This document shows positions 49,033 through 55,933 of a DNA stretch of 64,000 nt, in pieces (position 1 is the first letter of the stretch; each line of letters opens with the position of its first letter). The DNA is from an uncultured bacterium. Its GTDB lineage: Bacteria > Krumholzibacteriota > Krumholzibacteriia > LZORAL124-64-63. The stretch lies in NCBI GenBank assembly GCA_963732385.1, contig CAVSZB010000007.1, forward strand, positions 32,001-96,000, written 5' to 3'. The position numbers were made by a program, and so were the translations under genes. The notes beneath the pieces were generated by a model. It searched no databases and was not told the origin of the DNA. It saw nothing but the letters and a program-made list of their open reading frames with translations.

Positions 49033-49302
49033 ATGGCCAGGAAGAGTACCAAGGACAAGGACAGCAAGAAGAAGAAAAAAAAGGTGCCCAAAAAGAAGTT
49101 CTGTTACTTCTGCACTGAGCACCTGGTGGCGGTCGATTATAAGGACGAAGACCTGCTGCGGCGGTTCATGACCGAGCGGGGCAAGATCTCGCCGCGACGT
49201 AACACCGGCACCTGCGCCCTGCACCAGCGCCTGCTGGCGGAGGCTGTCAAGCGGGGGCGGGCGGTTGCGATGCTGCCGTACGTGCGGGAGTACTTTCGCT
49301 AG
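49033..49302 (+). CDS. rpsR: 30S ribosomal protein S18 (Zn-binding form)
   Basis: [27 protein letters not shown]. Confidence 0.97.
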   Translation: MARKSTKDKDSKKKKKKVPKKKFCYFCTEHLVAVDYKDEDLLRRFMTERGKISPRRNTGTCALHQRLLAEAVKRGRAVAMLPYVREYFR

Positions 49303-49322
49303 GGAGCCCCGGGGGACGCGTC

Positions 49323-50288
49323 ATGACACTGCGGGACGCGGGTCCTGAGGCGGCGGCCGCTCTCTTTACGGCCCTTGCCGGTGTGGTCGGCGTCCTCGGG
49401 ACGGTCGCGGCCGGTCCGGTCCTGACCGGCCTGCTGCCGGTTGCGGTGACGGCGGTCTGGGTAGGAGTTTCCCTGATCGCGCCCGGCACGGCGCGCCTGT
49501 TTCTGACGGCGGCGCTCGGGCTTGCCGTGGCGGCGGTTCTCGGTTCTCCGGCCGTCGCCCTGGCCCTCATGGCGTGGGTGGCGGGCGGTCTGGCGGCCGG
49601 CCGCGCCTTGCGGCGAGGCCGGCGTTTCGATGTGGTCCTGGCGCTGGCTGTGTTGCCGGCGGTGTGGCTGACCCTGGCCGCCGGAGGATCAGCCGCCGAG
49701 CTGGCCCTGGACGAATCGGGCCGTCGGACGGCGGCGATGTTCGAACGCTATCTCCCGTCCGACGGGTCGCCGGGCGGACAGGAAAAGGCCCTGGCGGAGG
49801 CGCGGGCAGGGGCGGAGGCGGCGCTGAAGATCATGCGCCGGTTGTGGCCGGCCCTGGTTGCCCTCAGCCTGCTTGGGCATGGGATCGTGGCGGTTTCGGC
49901 AGGACGCTGGCTTGCCTGCCGCGGAGGCCGAGGGGGCGCTGCGCCTGACTGGACCGTGCCTCGGGAATGGCGGCTGCCGTTCTATGTGGTCTGGATCCTG
50001 GTGGCCGGTCTGGCTCTCGTGGCGATCAGCGGCGAGCCGGCCGCCCGCGCCGGAGTGAACCTGATTGTCGTGGCCGCGGCGCTCTGCGCTGTGCAGGGGC
50101 TGGCGGTGATGGCGGGGCTGCTGCACCGCGCGGCGCCGCCCTGGCTGCAGGCGGTGTTGGGCCTGGTGGCTCTGCTGTTGATGGCCCCCCTGCTGGTGCC
50201 GGCCGCGGCCCTGCTGGGGCTGATGGACCAGTGGCTGGACTTCCGTCGCCTGGCCGCGGCCGGCGCCGGACCTGTTCCGCGTCCCTGA
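49323..50288 (+). CDS. YybS/DUF2232 membrane protein
   Basis: Multi-TM protein with WRLP, QGLAV and GLMDQWLDFR; lies between rpsR and rplI. Confidence 0.8.
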   Translation: MTLRDAGPEAAAALFTALAGVVGVLGTVAAGPVLTGLLPVAVTAVWVGVSLIAPGTARLFLTAALGLAVAAVLGSPAVALALMAWVAGGLAAGRALRRGRRFDVVLALAVLPAVWLTLAAGGSAAELALDESGRRTAAMFERYLPSDGSPGGQEKALAEARAGAEAALKIMRRLWPALVALSLLGHGIVAVSAGRWLACRGGRGGAAPDWTVPREWRLPFYVVWILVAGLALVAISGEPAARAGVNLIVVAAALCAVQGLAVMAGLLHRAAPPWLQAVLGLVALLLMAPLLVPAAALLGLMDQWLDFRRLAAAGAGPVPRP

Positions 50289-50334
50289 ACGGCCCGCCCG
50301 GACGGGCTTGGCGGACTTCGAGAGGATGAGTCTG

Positions 50335-50778
50335 ATGGAAGTGATCCTGATCAGGAGTGTGCCGAACGTGGGCAGTGACGGCGAGGTCGTCAACGTGGCC
50401 GCCGGCTACGCCCGCAATTACCTCATCCCGCAGGGGATGGCGGTGCCGGCCGACGGCAGCCACCGCCGCAAGATGGCGGAGGAGACCCGCCTGTCCGGCC
50501 TGCGCGACCGCAAACGCCGCCGCGCGGCGGAAGTTCTCGCCGGGACGTTCCAGGACGTCTCGGTCACGATCGCCATGCAGGCGGGCGAGGACGACAAGCT
50601 GTTCGGTTCCGTGACGAACCGTGACATCGCGGCCGAGCTGGCGAAACAGGGGCGCGAAATCGACCGGCACAGCATCGAGCTGGATGAGCCGCTCAAGCAG
50701 CTCGGTGTCTACTCGGTACCGGTGCGGCTGCACCAGGATGTGCGCGTTTCGGTCAAGGTCTGGGTCGTCAAGGTGTGA
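50335..50778 (+). CDS. rplI: 50S ribosomal protein L9
   Basis: MEVIL, GYARNYLIPQG, KLFGSVT. Confidence 0.97.
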   Translation: MEVILIRSVPNVGSDGEVVNVAAGYARNYLIPQGMAVPADGSHRRKMAEETRLSGLRDRKRRRAAEVLAGTFQDVSVTIAMQAGEDDKLFGSVTNRDIAAELAKQGREIDRHSIELDEPLKQLGVYSVPVRLHQDVRVSVKVWVVKV

Positions 50779-50811
50779 TCGGCTCCGGCCGGTCCGGCAC
50801 GGGAGCGGCGC

Positions 50812-51903
50812 ATGACGAAGACTGACTCCGGAGTACCCGGGCAGGGTTTCTGCGTGGTGATGGCGGGAGGGCGTGGTACGCGCTTCTGGCCGCTCAGTCG
50901 CGCCGCGCGTCCGAAGCAGCTGCTGCCGCTGGCCGGCGGTCGGACCCTGCTGCGCGAAACCTGTACGCGTCTGTTTCCGCTGGTCGGCCCGGAGCGGATC
51001 CTCGTGGTGACGAACGCGGTCCAGGCGGCCGCCTCAGCCGCCGAACTGCCGGAATTGCCGGCCGGGCACATCGTGGCCGAGCCGGTCGGTCGCAACACCG
51101 CCGTTTGTGCCGCGCTTGGCGTCCTGCTCGCCGAACGGCTCGTCGGACCGGGGCCGGTGGCTCTCCTGCCTGCCGACCATCTCATTCCCGACGGCGAAAT
51201 CCTGCGCGCCCAGCTGGCTGCGGCGTTCAGTCATGCCACCGAGAGCGGCGCCGCGATCACCTTCGGAATTCCCCCGACCCGCCCGGAAACAGGGTTCGGC
51301 TACATCGAGATCGGAGTCGGGGCGGGGGATGGCCCTTTGCCCGGCCTGCGCTTCGTGGAGAAACCGGACGCCGCCACGGCCGCGGTCTGGCTGGCCGGCG
51401 GTCGGCACCTCTGGAACAGCGGAATCTTCGTCTGGAAGAGCGATGCTTTCGTTCGCGCGCTCGACACCCACCTGCCTGGGCTGACGGCGCGGCTGGCGCC
51501 GGCCGTGGCGGCGTACGGCTCCGCCGGTTTCGGCGCCGCCCTGGCCGCGGCCTACGCCGACTGTCCGAGTCTTTCGGTGGATGTCGGCGTCATGGAGAAG
51601 CTACCGGCCTTCGCGGTCTTCCGGGCCGCGTTCCGCTGGTCGGATCTGGGCAGTTGGAACGCCTGGGGCGAACTGGCGCCGGATCTGCCGGGCGGGAACC
51701 GCGGTGAGGCAGAGGTGTATGCGGTCAGCGCTTCCGGGAATATCGTCCACGCTCCCGGCCGGACCGTGGCGCTGGTGGGCGTGGAGGGGTTGGTCGTGGT
51801 GGAGACCCCCGACGCCCTGCTGGTCTGCCGTGCCGATGCCGCACAGCGGCTGAAGGATGTGATCGCGCTGCTGGAGACCGGGCGGCGCGAAGATCTGTTG
51901 TGA
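50812..51903 (+). CDS. manC: Mannose-1-phosphate guanylyltransferase
   Basis: MAGGRGTRFWPLSR..PKQ, EPVGRNTA, PADH, FVEKP, WNSG, WSDLGSW. Confidence 0.93.
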   Translation: MTKTDSGVPGQGFCVVMAGGRGTRFWPLSRAARPKQLLPLAGGRTLLRETCTRLFPLVGPERILVVTNAVQAAASAAELPELPAGHIVAEPVGRNTAVCAALGVLLAERLVGPGPVALLPADHLIPDGEILRAQLAAAFSHATESGAAITFGIPPTRPETGFGYIEIGVGAGDGPLPGLRFVEKPDAATAAVWLAGGRHLWNSGIFVWKSDAFVRALDTHLPGLTARLAPAVAAYGSAGFGAALAAAYADCPSLSVDVGVMEKLPAFAVFRAAFRWSDLGSWNAWGELAPDLPGGNRGEAEVYAVSASGNIVHAPGRTVALVGVEGLVVVETPDALLVCRADAAQRLKDVIALLETGRREDLL

Positions 51904-51948
51904 TCCGTCGTGCCTCGCGGCGCGGCGCGAAAGGAGCGATCGAACACC

Positions 51949-53199
51949 ATGTCCCATCTTCGTCAACTCCGCCCCTGGGGTATCGCCGTCCTGCTGGCGA
52001 TGCTTTCCTGCACCCTCTTCTCCTGCCAGAGGCCGGGCGCCGGCGGCGCCGACCCGGATTTCAGGCGTATCTTCGGCAACGGGTTCAAGGATGTATCGCC
52101 GGTGCTCGCGAAGGTGGGCGATCTCGAGATCAGTCGGAATGACTTCGACCGGCGCCTGGCCGAACTGCCGGAAAAGACCAGGAAACAGTACACCGGCGAA
52201 GGCTGGGAAAAACGCTTCCTGCGCTTCATGACCGACGAAGCGCTGCTCTACCAGGAGGCGCAGAAGCGCAACATCGCCCGGGACCCCGAGATCGGAGGGA
52301 TGCTGATCTCCACTCAGCGCCACATCCTGATCAACGCGCTGCGCGAGCGTTCGCTGGCGAACGAGGCGAAACCGACCGAGCAGGAACTCCGCAGCTACTT
52401 CGAACGCACCCGCGACAGCTTCAAGGTCATGGGCGCACTCCAGGCTCAGCACATCCAGTGCCGGGACCGGCAGACCGCCTGGGAGGCGTACCGGGCGATC
52501 CGGGCGGCGGTCAATCCGGCGGCCGAATTCCCGCGCCAGGTGGCGAAGCATTCGGTCAACATGGTGTCGGCGAAGCAGGCGGGGGAACTCGGCTGGTTCA
52601 ACAAGGGTGGCTTCATCCAGGCCATCCCCTCCGCGGCGCGCTTCACGGAGGTCATCTGGGACTGGCCGATGGGCTTGCACGAGCCGGTCGAGATCAATGG
52701 CGACTGGCATGTCGTGGAGCTCACGCGTCGCACTGCCGAGCGCACTCTTACCTTCGAAGAGGCGCGCGACCAGGTGCTCAATGCGCTGATGCCGATCGCC
52801 AAGGAAAAGCACCTCGAAGGCTTCCTGCGCCAGGCGCGCCGTGCCGCGAACATCGAGTACTTTGGCGAGTACGCCCCGGGCGGCGGCATGAATCCCCGCG
52901 ACCTGGTCCGCCTGGCGCAGCTCGCGCCGACTCCGGAGGAGAAGCTCGATATCCTCAAGCAGGTCATCGAGGAGTATCCCGAGAGCGATTACGTTGATGA
53001 CGCGTTGTTCCTGGCGGCGAATGTCTATCTTGACGCCTGGTCCAACATCCCGTTCGCCGCCAACTACCTCGACGATCTGGTGCGCGAATACCCCGACAGC
53101 GAGTACGTCGAACAGGCGCGTTATCTGCTCGACAACCTGCACAAACCGAACTTCGGCCAGCCCAGCAGCGCCTCGGACCTGCAGCGGTCCGGCGGCTGA
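51949..53199 (+). CDS. PpiC/parvulin-type peptidyl-prolyl isomerase lipoprotein with C-terminal TPR (BamD/CpoB-like) domain
   Basis: Lipobox LFSC, SurA/PrsA-like N-domain, QHI...KHS...AGELGWF...GDWHVV, and two YP(E/D)S TPR units. Confidence 0.8.
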   Translation: MSHLRQLRPWGIAVLLAMLSCTLFSCQRPGAGGADPDFRRIFGNGFKDVSPVLAKVGDLEISRNDFDRRLAELPEKTRKQYTGEGWEKRFLRFMTDEALLYQEAQKRNIARDPEIGGMLISTQRHILINALRERSLANEAKPTEQELRSYFERTRDSFKVMGALQAQHIQCRDRQTAWEAYRAIRAAVNPAAEFPRQVAKHSVNMVSAKQAGELGWFNKGGFIQAIPSAARFTEVIWDWPMGLHEPVEINGDWHVVELTRRTAERTLTFEEARDQVLNALMPIAKEKHLEGFLRQARRAANIEYFGEYAPGGGMNPRDLVRLAQLAPTPEEKLDILKQVIEEYPESDYVDDALFLAANVYLDAWSNIPFAANYLDDLVREYPDSEYVEQARYLLDNLHKPNFGQPSSASDLQRSGG

Positions 53200-53220
53200 C
53201 GGCGCGGTCATCGCCGGGTG

Positions 53221-53260
53221 GAGCGGGGGGCGTTGACAGCCCCCCGCTCTCGGTTAGACT
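53221..53260 (+). promoter_or_regulatory. sigma70 promoter with -35 box in the loop of an 11-bp inverted repeat
   Basis: GAGCGGGGGGC-gTTGACA-GCCCCCCGCTC, then TAGACT at 53255-53260 (16-nt spacer). Confidence 0.6.
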
Positions 53261-53453
53261 GCCCGGGGGGCGCGCCCCGATCCGGTTCCCCATTGCCGGC
53301 ATGATTCCCGACCGGCAGGCGCAGGGGCCGATTCTGCTGCTATCCGGTGGTCGATGGTCTCGCGGGGCGGGTGTCTCGCGTGGTGATCCATGACCGGCGC
53401 GGCAGCACTTTTCCGGCGAAGATCTTCAGCGAACGGGAAGCGGAGGCGGACTC

Positions 53454-55064
53454 ATGACGTACGGTCGCCCTCAGCGGTTTCGCGGGCGCGGCGGGCCGAC
53501 GCGTGGGGCGTTGCTGCTGGTTCTGGCGCTGCTGTGCCTGCCGCACGGAGCTCCGGCCGCCTCGGCGCGTCGCCCGGGGCTGGACCGCGAATCGCGCGCG
53601 ATCGCCGAGCGGCTCTATCAGCAGCTGGAACAGGCGCGCGCGGAGCGGCGCGACCGCGCCCTGCTCGAACTGGCGTTCGAACTGGTGGATCGTTACGCCC
53701 GTTTTCCCGACAACGATCGGGTTTTGCTCCTGGCCGCGCACTCCGCCTGGCGCCTCGGGGATCTGCCGCTGGCGCGTCGGCTGCTGGGCAAACTGCGCGA
53801 CGACTGGCCCGGCTCGCGCCTGCTCACAGAAGCCTTGGCGCTGGCGGACACACTGGACGCGAGCCCGGGAAAGCCATCCGAATTCGCGCCGGCGCCGGCG
53901 CCGGCGGGCGAGCCGGACGCGAGGCCGGGGAAGCTGTCCGAATTCGTGCCGGTGCCGGCGCCGGCACCGGCGCCGCCGGGGGTGCGGGCGGCGGAGTCGG
54001 TGCCGGTCGATCCCGGGCTGATCGGGGTGCTTTGTGCGCTGAACGGCGAGGGAGAGGCGATCGGGAAGGCATTCGCCGCGGGGGCGAATCTGGCCGCCGT
54101 GCAGGTCGGGCGCGGCGGTTGGCGCCCGGTGCGTTTGCGGGTGGTCGACACTGGCGGCGATCCGGCGACCGCCGCGCTCGCCGCGCGACGTCTGGTGGTG
54201 GGCGAGGGGGTTGTCTCCCTGGTGGGCGCTGCCGGCGCGGGGCCGTCGGCGGCGGTGGCCGCTGTGGCCGATGCGTGGGGCGTGCCGTTCGTGGTTTCCG
54301 ACGGCGGCAGTCCCGCCCTGCGCGATTTCGGCCCCGCCGTCATCCCGACCGATCTGATCGAGGCGCACGACGCCCGCCTGCTGGCGCGTCTGGCGGTCGG
54401 TGTGGCGCGGCGATCACGCGTGGCGGTGCTTTATCCGGACACGCCGGAAGGGGCGCGTGCCTGCGCCGCGTTCGTGCTGGCCCTGCGCGAGACGGGCGGG
54501 CGCCTGGTGGGGGCCGTCGCCTGCGCGTCCGATGGCGCGATCGCTGACGAATCGCTGCGGCGCCTCGCGTGGATGTTGCCTGAGGCGCTCTATCTGCCTC
54601 TGACGCCGGCCACTGCGGCCCGGCTCGTTCCTCGGCTCAGGGCGGCCTCGCTCGCCGGCCTGTTGCTGGGACCGTCAGGCTGGGACGTGCCCGCGGCGGG
54701 CGTACTGGCCGACTTGCTGCCTCCGGAAGCGGTCTGCGCGGCGGAGGAAGCGGTCTGGCCGCAGGACTGGGTGGAGGAGTTCGCGGTCGCCTGGCCGGGA
54801 GCGGCGCCGGCCGGCGCGGAAGCCGTGGCGGAGCGGGCCGGTCGTCAAGCCTATCTTGCGGTGCGACTCGTGATGGAGGCGCTTGCCGACTGCGGCCTGA
54901 CGCCGACGCGCGCTGCCCTCGCCGGGATGCTCAGCGCACGCTGGCTGGGTCTGTGCGAGGCTCCGGTGGAGGCAGCGGAGGCGGTGAGCGGCGCGCGGAC
55001 GCCGCGGGAGGGGCGTTTCGTTCCTTACGCAGCGCCGGTGCCGGATCCGGGAGGGCGGGAGTGA
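53454..55064 (+). CDS. LpoA/LppC-like protein (TPR domain plus type-1 periplasmic binding fold)
   Basis: Signal peptide, N-terminal TPR-like helices, IGVLCALNG...DTGGDP...LVGA, VAVLYP, EALYLP, LLGPSGW. Confidence 0.65.
   Translation: MTYGRPQRFRGRGGPTRGALLLVLALLCLPHGAPAASARRPGLDRESRAIAERLYQQLEQARAERRDRALLELAFELVDRYARFPDNDRVLLLAAHSAWRLGDLPLARRLLGKLRDDWPGSRLLTEALALADTLDASPGKPSEFAPAPAPAGEPDARPGKLSEFVPVPAPAPAPPGVRAAESVPVDPGLIGVLCALNGEGEAIGKAFAAGANLAAVQVGRGGWRPVRLRVVDTGGDPATAALAARRLVVGEGVVSLVGAAGAGPSAAVAAVADAWGVPFVVSDGGSPALRDFGPAVIPTDLIEAHDARLLARLAVGVARRSRVAVLYPDTPEGARACAAFVLALRETGGRLVGAVACASDGAIADESLRRLAWMLPEALYLPLTPATAARLVPRLRAASLAGLLLGPSGWDVPAAGVLADLLPPEAVCAAEEAVWPQDWVEEFAVAWPGAAPAGAEAVAERAGRQAYLAVRLVMEALADCGLTPTRAALAGMLSARWLGLCEAPVEAAEAVSGARTPREGRFVPYAAPVPDPGGRE
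53855..53965 (+). repeat. In-frame 60-bp-period tandem duplication
   Basis: GGACGCGAGCCCGGGAAAGCCATCCGAATTCGCGCCGGCGCCGGCGCCGGC (53855) versus GGACGCGAGGCCGGGGAAGCTGTCCGAATTCGTGCCGGTGCCGGCGCCGGC (53915). Confidence 0.85.
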
Positions 55065-55085
55065 GATGCCGTCAGCTCTCCTGCC

Positions 55086-55808
55086 TCACGGAGCTGAGCG
55101 CGGGGCATAGGGACTGTGGAACAGGACCGGCAGCCGGATCCAGAAGCCGAGCGGCGGACAGGTCGGGTCGGCGACCGGACGGAAGACCCAGGCGTTGACC
55201 GCCTTGAGCACCACCGCGTCGAACAGCGGCCCGCCGGTAGACCGGATCACATATGACGCGGTCACCCTCCCCAGCTCATCCACGTAGAAGGCCGCCTCGA
55301 CCGTGACGACCGGCAGGCGGCGCGCCTGTGCGTCGGCGCCGACGGGATATTCCGGGCGCACCATCCGCTCGAGCACGAAACAGCGGCTGGTCTGCTGCGG
55401 CAGCCGCATCTCGACGGCGTTGGCCAGACTCAGGTCGGGATCGGCAACGATTGCCGCGTCCGGTTGCGGCTGCGGCGCGGGGACCGGCTGCGCAGGTGCG
55501 ACCGGCCGGCCGGCCGCATCGTCCGGCACGAACGTCTGCTCGGGGGGTGGACGCCACAGGTTACGGAACTGCTCCGGCTCCTGATGGCGCGTATCGCGGC
55601 CCTGGTCGATGGAGAGTTCCGGCATCAACTTCAACTGACCCGCTGCGCCGGGGATGAACTCGAAGTGGCGCCGCGTCGCGTCGCGGTCGGGGCCGAAGAG
55701 GGCGATCAGGATCAGGAGGACGACCCCGGCCACGGCGCCCACGGCAAGACGCCGCCGTCTGCTGCGCCGGAAGCGGGCGTTGGCGTTGGCCGGCGGGTCA
55801 AATGGCAC
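55086..55808 (-). CDS. TonB C-terminal domain protein
   Basis: GTG start after GAGG, basic patch then TM, Pro-rich linker, PEYP...YVDELGRV...FDAVVLKAVNAWVFRP. Confidence 0.75.
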   Translation of the reverse strand: MPFDPPANANARFRRSRRRRLAVGAVAGVVLLILIALFGPDRDATRRHFEFIPGAAGQLKLMPELSIDQGRDTRHQEPEQFRNLWRPPPEQTFVPDDAAGRPVAPAQPVPAPQPQPDAAIVADPDLSLANAVEMRLPQQTSRCFVLERMVRPEYPVGADAQARRLPVVTVEAAFYVDELGRVTASYVIRSTGGPLFDAVVLKAVNAWVFRPVADPTCPPLGFWIRLPVLFHSPYAPRSAP

Positions 55809-55880
55809 GGGGGCAGCCTCGATGGTGGTCAGCAGTCGGCGCAGGAATGCGCCCGCATCCGACCATGGTCTCCGTGGCCT

Positions 55881-55920
55881 GCATTTATGTAATTTGTTTA
55901 TGTTCAATTCATTTCGTTGT
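55881..55920. promoter_or_regulatory. AT-rich intergenic element with dif/XerD-arm-like sequence
   Basis: CATTTATGTAA-TTTGT-TTATGTTCAAT, strongly AT-rich against the window background. Confidence 0.35.
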
Positions 55921-55933
55921 TCGGCCAGGTCGA

